A DNA stretch of 64,000 nt from contig CM041465.1 in NCBI GenBank assembly GCA_023213395.1, forward strand, positions 113,653,741 through 113,717,740. Reading direction: 5' to 3'. The translations under genes were made by a program, and so were the position numbers. Under the pieces are notes generated by a model. That model searched no databases. It was not told the DNA's origin and saw nothing but the letters and a program-made list of their open reading frames with translations. This DNA comes from Cycas panzhihuaensis. Taxonomy: Eukaryota; Plantae; Cycadophyta. Positions 26,522-38,393 of this stretch are shown piece by piece (within the stretch, counting starts at the first letter, position 1; the number at the start of each line of letters is the position of its first letter).

Positions 26522-29252
26522 CACAAGGCAATCTTTGTGAGTGTCATATTTTGTAAGGCCTTTTAGTAGTTGTGGGAGGAGAAACATCCATTAGTAATTG
26601 TTATATCTATTAGGAGGTAGTTGAACACTAGTGGCTTCCACCTAAAGGTCATCAACTAAAATTGAAGCTAAAGTTATACTTTCTTGAGTTGTTGACGTAA
26701 ATGCTACTGGAATTTATGAAGGAGTTAGAGTGTAGGAGGAGGCTAGTATTGGTGGCTTGACAATTTATCCAAGAGTCACTTAGGATGCACAAACTTCTTC
26801 TACTACTATAATATAAGATTAAGGTGGAGGTAGGTCCTATGAATCTTCTATAAATATTATATCTCGTGTTGGGTAATCTTGGTTTCCAACCATATCAAAC
26901 ACTTTATAGGCTTTACAACCAAGTACATAGCTAATGAAGATGCATTTCAGGCTCTTGTCATCAAGCTTCTTTTTGTTGTCCTTTTAAATATATTTATATA
27001 CCATGCATCCAAAGATCTTCACGAGTGCTACCCATGGTTTCTGACCTGATCAGACTTCTTCAAGAGTAATATTCCTAACTGCAGTTGTGGGACTTATGTT
27101 GGTTAGATAAGTAGTTATCATTGTGGCATCAACCCAAGATCTGGTTGTAAGATTTGCAACACTAAGCATGGATTTTCCTTTATTTATCAATATCTAATCC
27201 ATTCTTTTGACTACACCATTTTGTGGAGGTGTGTGAGGAGTTAAGAACTGATGTTGGATGTTATGTTCCTTACCCAAAATGTTGAACTGATTAGAAATAT
27301 ACTCACCACCATTATCAAATCTAAGGGCCTTGATTATCTTTCTACTTTTTTTTTCTATGGAAGCTTTGAACTCTTTGAATTTATTTTGGATTTTATACTT
27401 ATTTCTTAGGAAACAAGCCCACATTTTCCTTAAGAAGTTATTTATCAATGTGATGAAATGCTAATTTTTATTTAGTGGTTATTCAGGTACCAACCCAAAA
27501 ATGTCTAGGTGTACCATCACTAATGGTGTTAAGGATCCCCATGTATTCTTAGAAGGAAAATTTTCTCTTTAGTGCTTTCCTATTAGGCAAGCCTCACATA
27601 TGTTATTATACTTCTTAATTTTGTGTAAACCATATACCATTTGGAGCTTAAACATGAGGTCCAAGCTTTGCAAATTTAAATGACTTGGGTATTGATGACA
27701 TAGGTGTTCTTTGAAGCTATTTGAGATGACAATTTCTTTTGAATATAAGAATTCACTTGGTTCTTATACGCAAGGGGACTCTTCATTAATTACTTCATTT
27801 ACTTTATCAATTTGAGCTGTGTTGGGCATTGAACAAGATTTATTTTCCAACCTATATAAGCCACCATCTTCATGTCTTATGGCCACAAGTTTGCATGTTA
27901 AATGATCTGTGATTCTACTAGTACCATAGCCAAATAGGACATCTAAATTAAGTTTGATTATTTCATTGATAGAGAGCAAGTTCACCTCCATTTCAGGTGC
28001 AAGGAATATATTATTGATGTGGTGCCTCATATTATAATCCTTTAAGGCCATTAGAGCCCTACTAATTTTGGTCATATCATAAGTCAAATTATCCCTAAAT
28101 GTGATAGTTTGAGTATTGATTGGGTGGGTCTCTTATAATATTTTTTCTAATCTGATCATATATCTCGTTACACCTGAGTCAAGGAGCCATGCATCCTCAT
28201 CAAGCTGTGAAGAAAGAGCTACAAAGAATAGGTTATAGAAGGAGGAATCCTAATTATCTACCACATTGCTTCCCTATTATTTATTATTATGCTAGTTCCT
28301 TTAATTTTTTATAGTGAACTACTGTTTATTTTGAGTTGTTTCTCCTTGAGTGGGTCTCAGATTCTAATTATGTTGGTAGAATTGGCCTTGTGATTGGAAT
28401 GATGGCCCTTATTACCATTGAATAAGGCCTCTTTATTGGAAACATGGGCCTCCTTGTTATAAAATAGCACCCCGCTATTATAGAAACGGGGCTCCTTGTA
28501 GAAGGCACGATCCTCCTTATTAATATCCTTTATTCTATTAAGAGTAACTAGGACCTCCTTATTGATATGAGGGTGCTCCTTATTAGTAGATTAGGCCTAA
28601 TTGTTGATAATAAGAGGTAGATTATTAGAAGCTACACCCATATGATTGGCTCCCTTGATTTTGAAAGAGTTGTGAATCAACTTGTCGTCTCTTGCATTTA
28701 ATAACTAAGCATTTTTTTTTATCATAGTAGAGGCAACTAATATTTGGTCTAACCTATTAATTCTTTTAAAGTTGTGCATATGGCTGATATTAAGATTATT
28801 GAGGCTAATGACTTAAACAAGAGGAGAAGCTATTAATTGGTTCTTACTTCTATTAGTTTGGTTATTGATATGGCTCTTGAGATATGGTCAGAGAATCTAA
28901 GTGTTGAGTTAGATCTTGGTGTTGACTAAGCTGTTGAACTGATCTATTAATAGTCTTACACTTTTCTAAGTCATGGGCTATTAAGGTAGGAGTGGGGTTA
29001 GATATAGATGTCATCCCAAGTTAATTGAGTATATTCTCCTCTTGTAATAAGAGTTCCTCAAAGGTCATGAAGTCTATTTTTGAATAATTATCATGTAATT
29101 TAGAGACAAAGGAGTTATATTCTATGGGTAGGATGTTCATAATACTAGAGATTAAGTCATGGTTTGAAAGTGGTTCATTAAGGATTATAAGTTGGTTCCT
29201 AATTATTTTGACTTTGGTCAAGTAATTTGCAATGTTTCCAACAAAAGTATAC
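26522..29252 (-). mobile_element. Array copia copy 1 (gag, protease, integrase, start of RT)
   Basis: gag reads LISSIMNILPIEYNSFVSKL...TFEELLLQEE. Protease reads AWLLDSGVTRYM. Integrase reads IKALRFDNGGEYIS...TPHTPPQNGV. Confidence 0.92.
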
Positions 29253-30460
29253 CTATATCAAAACTTTATGAATGTAGAGAAGATAAGTCATGAAAATACA
29301 ATTAATTTTAAATTCACCTATTTATTATAGGGTGTAACCTATGCTTGGTACAAATAATTATACCCAACTAAGACATGGGAGAATATTACAAAGTAATTTT
29401 AGGAGAGATTATAAAAGTTTTAAAGTAATGAGATAATGGAGTTATCTCTCAAGGAAATGAGATAAAGGCTAGTAGAATTACTATTAATATATATGTGAAA
29501 AATAAATATTAATGTTCTAAGTATGAGGAATAGAGAAAAAATCATTAATTATAATATGAGAAACTATTTTATAAATGGGCTAAATTCTAAAGCAAGGGCC
29601 ATAATGGTGACTCATCCCTTGAAATTCTTCCATTGTGCACATGAATTGGTGTTAGGCTTTGAGAAAAAAATAGACATTTAAAAGGGCAGCCATAAACCTT
29701 ATTATTGAGAGCATGAGACAAAATGTAATAATTAAGAAGCCAAAATATAACTAAACCTTCCTATTAAGTAACAAAAATAAAGGAGACCTCAAAAGTAGAA
29801 GCCTTTAAAAAGGAAGTCATAAGGTTAAAGTTATAAAGAAATAAGCCTCAAGTTACTAAGGAGAAGAAAAATATAGGGGTAATGAACCCTAATTGAAGAA
29901 GCGATGTAACATTTGGGATAATAATTCATATTTTAGTAAAGAATGTGACCTAAATGAGAGGAATAATATGGTAAAAAAGTACATGGTGTTATATTTGTGA
30001 TATTGATAACCATAATATGAATAAACACTATTTTAATAGATGTAAAACAAACCAATGCGGTAGAGGTTATAGAAGAAGAAATAACTTAACCATGATGTAA
30101 TATAATAATGATGCAAAAAGGTGTGTGAAAGAATAATAATGCATGAAGAGAGAATAAAGGAAAAGTACTAAACTAACTAAAATAATAGAGATAAAATTGA
30201 TCCATCCTTATAGAAAATACCTATAGAGAGATCAAACATCACCTAATAAGAAGGCTGTCAAAATCTAAGAGGTCCACTAGAGCATATATGCTGAAACTAT
30301 TGAGAAAACTATATGCTTGGCCTATTATAGATAGCCTTCACAAAGAAGAATGTTATATTCTAAACTAGACCCTTAAATATACATAAAACATTAGACTCAA
30401 TCTTAAAATATGAGAAGGGACTAATTAGAGTAAGAGACCTAAAGGAGTTAGGACCATAGG
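29253..30460 (+). mobile_element. Gypsy-type gag fragment with two decayed zinc knuckles (also at 38394-39300, 42954-43865, 47523-47895, 53640-54012)
   Basis: Reads GVT..AWYK.LYPTKTWENI, FINGLNSKARAIM, and WCHICD...SKEC and WCYICDIDNH knuckles. Confidence 0.6.
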
Positions 30461-30467
30461 ATCCATA

Positions 30468-30739
30468 TGATCATAGGTAGGTTCTTGGAAAATTATCAAT
30501 ATGAGTGACTTATCTCACATAAGTTGAGATAGGTTAATAATACATGCTTTTAACTTCAACTAGCCTCGAGCTTTAATAGGTAAAATAAAAAGAGGTCATT
30601 ACTCTCAATAAGATGCATAGAGAATTCACTCAGTTTTTTAGGTCACATATATAAATGCATAGTCTGGATAGATGTCATCCATTAGGCCAATCAAAATATC
30701 AATCATAATACTCTTCTCTCACATAAGGCCAAAAGATCA
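30468..30739 (-). repeat. ~270 bp LTR-like box TGATC...GATCA preceded on the minus strand by a purine tract (also 39305-39573, 43867-44135, 49982-50250)
   Basis: 5 bp terminal inverted repeat with TG/CA ends. AGATGAGAGAGAGG or AAATAAGAGAGG lies directly upstream on the minus strand. The repeat is certain, but the LTR identity is inferred. Confidence 0.35.
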
Positions 30740-30790
30740 CCTCTCTCTCATCTAATGATTAAATCTAGGTACAAAGAAAGTGATCCACCT

Positions 30791-31865
30791 TAAACTTCCT
30801 TAGCGAAAAGATGATCCCTTGGGTCAAACTTCAACAAACCACAAAGCAAATCAATGAGGGCTTCTAATGAGGGATCCCCATTTTGATTGATAAGAATCTA
30901 TAGGTGATGCAATCTCTGGACTACTCGAACTCTATCTTTGGATGTAGCCCCCATGGCCAGTTGAGTTCCCTACCATTTCTAATGTACTCCCTTATACAAT
31001 CAACACCCTATTTTATCATATATTGAAGAATTGGTCCCAATACCTGTTGCATCATTACAAGATGTTCCAAATCATCAATGGTTGAAAAAAAGGCATTTCC
31101 ATAGAATAATTCTACCAAAATGCACCTAACACTCTACAAATTGATAAGATAACTTCGTCCAATACCCATTACCACCTTAGGTGCTTGGTATCCTCTGGTG
31201 GCAACTACCTTGCCATGGTATTCATTCTCGAATCTGGCATTACCAAAATCAATGAGTTTAATTACACTTGACGAGGTAATGCACTTATAACGATTCTTAT
31301 GATCTGAAGAATTCTTGTCAAGTAGATACACATATTCTGAGGAGACAAGAAGAATGTTCTCAAGCTTTAGATTAATATGTGAGAGAGCGAGCTCATGAAT
31401 GAATACAACATCCTCTAATAGCTGACGTGTGAATTCTCAATTCAGAATAACAGACAAAGGCCAGTGATTATTTCTACATAATAAATCGTATAAATTCAGT
31501 GCCAGCTTTTCACAAACAATGAAACTAAGTCTTCAATTTCAGGTAGCCCCAAGATCCATTGGTATCAAACTTTGCTATCATGTGAAGAATGTCAATTTTA
31601 GACTAAGTTGCAACACCATATTGCCATACAGTGTGTATAACCTTGATGGCTACTTGCTCTTGCTTTTCATGATCGTGACAATCTAAAACTCTACCAAAAC
31701 ACGTAGTGCCTATCTTTATAATCTGGTTGCCATGGATGGTATGCAACAGCATGCACATGGTTAGATCTCTTCTCATCATGCTCCTTTTTTCTTCTTATTA
31801 TTGGACTGTGACTCTTTAATACGACGACTTGTGTATGGTTGTTTATAATAAACTGCACTCTCCAT
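30791..31865 (-). pseudogene. AFC: Intronless (processed) LAMMER / AFC-CLK family protein kinase pseudogene, near full length
   Basis: ATG at 31865. Motifs in order: HPWQPDYKDRHYVF, FGRVLDC...VAIKVI, IVCEKLALNLYDLL, HINLKLENILLVSSEY, IKLIDFG, VVATRGYQAPKV, LEHLVMMQQVLGP (EHLAMMERVLG signature), LNWP, LIDLLCGLLKFDP. The coding region is continuous with no introns. It has stops, frameshifts, a deletion removing most of the Gly-rich loop, and lost final codons. Confidence 0.93.
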
Positions 31866-31875
31866 GCCAAAACCT

Positions 31876-32022
31876 CTGCTAAGAGATCAACTAAGCAATT
31901 ATTTTAGCGTGTGTATCGAATTATTTTCAATCATAGATACTTTACAGAAATTATTGAGCTACAAAATAACAATACCTATAAGTTAAGGTGCCTCCATACA
32001 CAATAGAATTATGATGTCTTAC
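31876..32022 (-). other. Candidate 5'-UTR intron of the kinase retrocopy (147 nt)
   Basis: CAG|GTAAG donor, AT-rich body, and TTGATCTCTTAGCAG| acceptor 10 nt before the ATG. Confidence 0.5.
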
Positions 32023-32350
32023 CTGTACAACTTACTACTATATATGGATCCAGGTATGCGTGCGGTCGACTTATAGCTGAGGTGACCCATAATACATAGA
32101 GACACCATAGGCATGTTCTTATTCAGTATCACCCCCAAGACAAAAACACTTCATAAAGAACCCCATTAAGGACACAACTAAGGAAATCGGCATAGTGCAT
32201 ATGAAATGGGGTCAACTCACTATTTTCTAAAGATGCTTCATACGATTAATGCTCTCATTTGCTTAAAATACTGCTCATACACCACCTTGCTCTAGAACCT
32301 TTTCTTAAAACTTACCACCTTGTCTTCATTTTGTAATTGTTAAAGGTACT

Positions 32351-32358
32351 TATTTATA
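32351..32358 (-). promoter_or_regulatory. Candidate TATA box TATAAATA upstream of the kinase
   Basis: Consensus match conserved in the inverted copy (58946-58953). The AT-rich background lowers specificity. Confidence 0.3.
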
Positions 32359-32689
32359 AAGGACATGGGATGTTGCCAGTAGAATGTATCTATGATGATG
32401 GAAATATAAGATAGAAACCACAGGCAATAGCATGGTATTAAATGATAGCTTGGATACTCAAAATTAAGGCTCTCTTAAACATTATTAATGTAAATTAGAA
32501 AAAACTTAAAAAGTGTGTTAATGACAAGAACTCAAGCACAAATAAACCACAATAAATAAGAATAATAGAAAATAGAAAGAACCCAATCTATGGTTATTTG
32601 GAAATGTCATTTATGGATACAACATTTAAGATGGATTATGCTAGAAGGATTATTGTGGTGTTTATCAGAGATGATGGAAATATGATATG

Positions 32690-33919
32690 AAGCATTATGA
32701 ACAACCTCAATTACTGCAAAAGTACCATGCCAAAAAGAATGAAATTTATTGATGCAAATTCATCTTTAACTTTGTCAAATAGAAAAATGGTTTCAATATG
32801 GTAAAAGAAAGAAACAAAAATAGTTTGATCATATGTTAAATTAGCTTGCATTTTGATATCTTCTAGATTGTTTAAGTCACACAGGCAATCTTCACCAACC
32901 TTTTCTAACTTAATGAGCTAAGTCCCAAATGATATGCAATTCAAAAGTTGGTTGCAAATATCTAAATAGAGGGAATGAATTTTACTTTTAATGGGAATTA
33001 TAGATTCTTGACCATAAACTAGAGAAGATGTGACAAATCCATTAGTTATCATGACAATGGATCAATTGAGATATAAGGATGGATAAATTTAATAATGCTA
33101 ATCATTTTTGTATTTATGGATGATAATTTTCAAAAGTGATAATCAAGAGAAGGGTGATACAAGATAATGTGAAAGGTAAGGTAGATACATGTGGTATATT
33201 TGGTAATGGAGTTATAAATGTTGAATATATTGCCATATAAATATGAGACGAGAATAATTGGTAGGGAAGCAAGGTGGGGATGAGAAGTATATGGGCAATG
33301 TAAGTGAACGTAATGAATGTGGGCACTTTAGAAATAGAGTCATGGAGTATTATTTCAGTTAGTATTAGGGGTATTTTCATAAATGTGATGATCTTGATAT
33401 ATAAGTAGTGATTATCTAGATGACAATAAAAGAAATAACGTTAGGAGGTTAACCATAATCAAAGGTTATAAGAGAGTTAACTTCAAGAATGGTACTAATT
33501 TGTATATAATAAGGGGTATTAAAATTGATATCTATAAAGACTAGATAAAATGATAACTATTAGGTAATACAAGGTAATATGGTAGTTAGTAGTTAGGTGT
33601 GTTTAATATTACTAGCAAGCTTAACATTGTGGGAAGTAAAAGTGATAAGCATGATGCAATGGTGCTATTTTAAGGCATTTACTTAGATACATAAAATCAC
33701 CTTATAATTCTATAGGTTGGTTGGGAGTTAATGAATGATTACATTGTAAGATCTCCATCAATGTGACTTAAACAATTTTCATAAACTTTACACCATTTAT
33801 ATACATACATAAACATGGAAGTTACTAGAGATTATCTAAGAGTTATCAAAGTTTAAAAACCTTTGCATGGGTTAAGGTTTAGAAATTGTTAAGGAACTCC
33901 TTGCAAAGGATGTCTCTAG
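32690..33919 (-). mobile_element. Tat/Athila-type gypsy pol (integrase) remnant
   Basis: Inverted copy of 57384-58700. Reads SLVYGQESIIPIKSKIHSL...LIKLEKVGED...YDQ...WHGTF, matching the non-chromovirus integrase C-terminus. Confidence 0.7.
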
Positions 33920-34308
33920 TGTTAAATACTTCAGAATCTAAGAAATCATGTGCTTTGATCAAGATATTAAGTAAAATAATATAACTATGTAATAAAACAT
34001 GTAAAATAAATAAGCATAACTTAGGCAGACAAAGTACGGGTGAATTTGTCACCATGTAGAGCTCTATTTGGGTGGAGCTTTTATATTAATCATAATCTAA
34101 TCTATAATACAATGGTGTAGGTCTTAATTTATAGGTAACTCATCAATATTTGAAAAATATAATAGGTTGACTAAGCAACAAATAAGGCAAAACTGACCAA
34201 TTTATATAATAACATTAAATTATAATAAAGGGTCATCTTAATATTATACAATGTGCATAAATTATATGAAATATAAGAAACGATGGGTGTTATTACATGG
34301 TTTTAACA
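33920..34308 (-). repeat. 3' LTR of the array copia (389 bp)
   Basis: TGTTAAA...TTTAACA 7 bp terminal inverted repeat, with the purine tract AAGGGAG adjacent. Homologous to 56995-57383 and 62457-62842. Confidence 0.88.
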
Positions 34309-37300
34309 TGCTCCCTTAATAACATACTAAGGTCATGTCTAAATTATTTAAACTTCGATTTACTAAGAGTTTGGGTGAAGATGTCCACAACCTGGTCCTC
34401 AGTTGGATGATAGACAAAATCAACTTTTCCATTCTAGACAAGTTCATGGATGAAGTGATGATGGACCTCAATGTGTTTGGTTCTATCACAGAATACATGA
34501 TTCTTTGCCATCTTTAATACACTTTGATTGTGGTAATAGAGGATGATGGGTGCATGTTGTTGAAGTCTAAGCTTGGCAAGAATGCTTCTAAGCCAAATCA
34601 ACTTAGTTGTATGATGGACAACTACTTTATATTCTATTTTGATGGAGGAAATAGAAACACTTGGCTGCTTATTATAGCTCCACAAGATTACAACTAAATT
34701 TACATCAAAATAATAACCTGAAGTTGAGTTGTGAGTGTCTTGGCAACCTGCCCATTCAGCATCTATATGTCCCTTTAGTATATGGGAATTAGATTGGTTA
34801 TACTTAAGGCCAAATTGATGTCTGCCATGGATATATTTGAGAATCCTAGTAGATACTCTCTAATGAGATACTTTTGGTTATGAAATGTACCTATAATAGA
34901 TCCCTATAACATATAAAATATCCATATGAGTGTGGGTGAAATAGATGAGGCTTTGAACTAACTATTAACACAAAGTGGGAACAAAAGGCTTTCCTTGTTT
35001 ATCTAGGTTTGGCTTAGTTCCTTTCTCCATAGGAATTTGTGCTAGCTTATATACTGTCATCCTGAATATTTCTAAAAACTCATTGACATACTTTGTTTGA
35101 GTTAGGAAGATGTGTCTTAGTTCTTGTCAAACATAATATTCAAGGGAGTAATGGAGTAACCTAAGATCTGTCATCTCAAAGTTACTTTTCAATTATGATT
35201 AAATCCAAGTAAGGCCATTTATGTCATTGTCAATGATTGCAAGATCATCTACATAGAGAACAATGATTATAATCAAATTATCTCTAACCCGAATATAGAG
35301 TTCTAGGTCATAAGGTGACCCATTAAATCCATGCTAGATAAGGATGACATTAATCCTTATACACCAGGCATATTGTGCTTGTTTGAGTCCATAGATGGCT
35401 TTTTGAGTCTGCATACTTAGTGTTCTTATCTTGAAATAGTATACCTGGGAATTTATTTCAAGAAAACCTCTTATTTAAGGTCTCCATTAAGGCAAGTACC
35501 CTTCACATCCATTTGCTAAATATGGCAATTAAATTAGATTACTAAGGACATAGCCAAATGTAATGTGATCACGTTGGCTACCGGTGCAAAGGTCTCATCA
35601 TAATCAATCCTCTCTTATTATTTAAGACCTCTTGCTATAAGGCGAGCTTTGTGAGTATCATATTTTGTAAGGCCTTTTAGTAGTTGTGGGAGGACGAACA
35701 TCTATTAATAATTATTATATACATTACGAGGTAGTTAAATGCTAGTGGCTTCCACCTAAAGGTCATCGACTAAAATTAGAGGTAAAGTTATACTTTCTTA
35801 ATTTGTTGATGTAGATGCTACTAGAATCGATGAAGGATTTGGATTATAGGAGGAGGCTAGTATTGGTGGCTCGACAATTTACCCAAGAGTGACTTAAGAT
35901 GCACAAATATATTCTACTACTATAATATAAGGTTGAGGTGGAGGTAGGTCCTGTGAAAATCGATAAATATTATATCTCATGTTATGTAAACTTGGTTCCT
36001 AACCATGTTAAATACTTTATAGGCTTTACAACCAAGTACATAGCTAAGGATTATACATTTCAGGTTCTTATCATCAAGATTCTTTTTGTTGTCCTTTGAA
36101 ATATATTTATATGTCATGCATCCAAAGATCTTCATGAATGCTACCAATGGTTTATGACCTGACCAAACTTCTTGAAGAGTAATATTCCTAACTGCAATTC
36201 TAGGACTTATATTGGTTAGATAAGTAGTTATGGTTGTGGCATCAACCCAAGATCTAGTGGTAAGATTTGCAACACTAAGCATGGCTTTTCCTTTATTTAT
36301 CAATGTCTAATTCATTCTGTTAACTACATAATTTTATTGAGGTATGTGAGGAGTTGAGAACTGATGTTGGATGCCATGTTCCTTGCCCAAAATATTGAAC
36401 TGATTAGAAATATACTCACCACCATTATCAGATCTAAGGGGCTTGATTATCTTTCCACTTTTCTTTTCTATGGCAGCTTTGAACTCTTTGAATTTATTTA
36501 ACATTTTATAGTTATTTCTCAGGAAACATACCTATATTTTCCTTGAGAAGTCATCTATGAATGTGATGAAATACCAATTTTTATTGAGTGGTTACACAAG
36601 TACCAACCCACAAATGTCCAGGTAGAACATCTCTAATGGCATTGAGGATCTCCATGCATTCTTAGAAGGAAAATTTTCTCTTTAGTGTTTTTTTATTACG
36701 AAAGCCTCACATATGTTATTGTACCTCTTAATTTTATGTAAACCATGTACCATTTAGAGCTTAAACATGAGGTTCAAGCTTTGCATGTTTAAATAACTTA
36801 GGCATTGATGCCATAGGTGTTCTTTGGAACTATTTAAGATGACAATTTCCTTTGAATATGAGGATTCACCTAGTTCTTATATACAAAGGGACTCTTCATT
36901 AATTACTTCATTTACCTTATCAATTTGAACTGTGTTGGGTATTGAGCAAGATTCATTTTATGGAGTAGTGGTAAGAAGGGTACCACCCAACATATATAAG
37001 GTACCATCTTCATATCTTATGGCCACAAGTTTGCATGTTGCATGATCTGTGATTCTACTAATGCCCTAACCAAAGAGGACATGTAAATTCTTTTTGTTTA
37101 TTTCATTGATAAACAACAAGTTCATCTTTATTTTAGGTCCAAAGAGCATATTATTGATGTAGTGCCTCATATTGGAGTCCTTCAAGGCTACTCAAGCCCT
37201 ACCAATTTTGGTCATATCATAAGTCAAATTATCCCCAAATGTGATAGTTTGAGTATCGATTGGGAGGGTCTCTTCTAATGTTTTTTCTAATCTGATCAAA

Positions 37301-38393
37301 TCTCTTACTATACTTGAGTCAAAGAGCCATGCATCCTCATCAAGTTGCGAGGAAAGGGTTGAAAAGAATAGGTTAGAGAAGGAGGAATATTAATTGTCTA
37401 CTACATTGCTTCCCTATTATTGATTATTATACTAGTTCCTTTAATTTTTAATAGTGAATTGCTACTTATTTTGAGGCCTTTATCCTTGAGTGGGTCTCAG
37501 ATTCCAATTATGTTGGTAGAATTAGCCTTGTGGTTGGAATGATGGCCCTTCTTACTATTGAATAAGGTCTCTTTATTAGAAATATGGGTCTTCTTATTAC
37601 AAAATAAGACCTCACTATTGTGGAAAAGGGGCTCTTAGTAGAAGGCACGATCCTCCTTATTAATATCCTTGTCTCTATTGAGAGTAACTAGGATCTCCTT
37701 GTTGATATGAGGGTGCTTCATATTAGTAGACTAGGCCTAACTATTGATAATAAGAGGTAGCTTATTAGAAGTGAGGCCCATATGATTGGATCCCTTGATT
37801 TCGCAAGAGTTGTGAATCAACTTGTTATCTCTTGCATTTAAAAACTAAGCATCTTTTTTTACCATAGTAGAGGTAACTGACATTTCGTCTAACCTATTAA
37901 TTCTTTTAAAGTTATGCATATGGCTAGTATTGAGATTGTTGATGCCAATGACTTAGATGGGAGGAGGAGGTGTTAATTGATTATTACTTCTATTAGGTTG
38001 GTTGTTGATATGACTCTTGATATATGGTCAGAGAATCCAAGTGTTGAGTTAGATCTTGGTGTTAACTAAGCTATTGAGGTGATATATTAATAGTCTTATG
38101 TTTTTCTGAGTTATGGGCTGTAAAGGTAGGAGCGGGGATAGATATAGATGTCACCCCAAGTCAGTTGAGTATATTCTCCTCTTGTAATAAAAGTTTGTCA
38201 AAGGTCATGAAGTCTATTTTGGAGTAATATCATGTAATTTAGAGACAAAGGATTTGTATTCTATGAATAGGATGTTCATTATGTTAAAGATTAAATCATG
38301 GTTTGAAAGTGGTTCATTAAGGATTATAAGTTGGTTCCTAATTATTTTTACTTCAGTCAAGTGGTTTGTAATGTTGCTAGCAAAAGTATACTT
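34309..38393 (-). mobile_element. Array copia copy 2 (longest: gag, PR, IN, RT, RNase H, PPT; no 5' LTR)
   Basis: RNase H reads KQPSVSISS..EY...FCDRTKHIEVHHHFIHE. RT reads MDVKG and IIVLYVDDL. Integrase ORF at 35977-36303. Confidence 0.95.

Noticed and set aside
31134-31331. 65 aa kinase ORF as a functional gene
   Set aside because: It is only a stop-free stretch of the larger pseudogene. The catalytic-loop Asp is lost and most of the Gly-rich loop is deleted.
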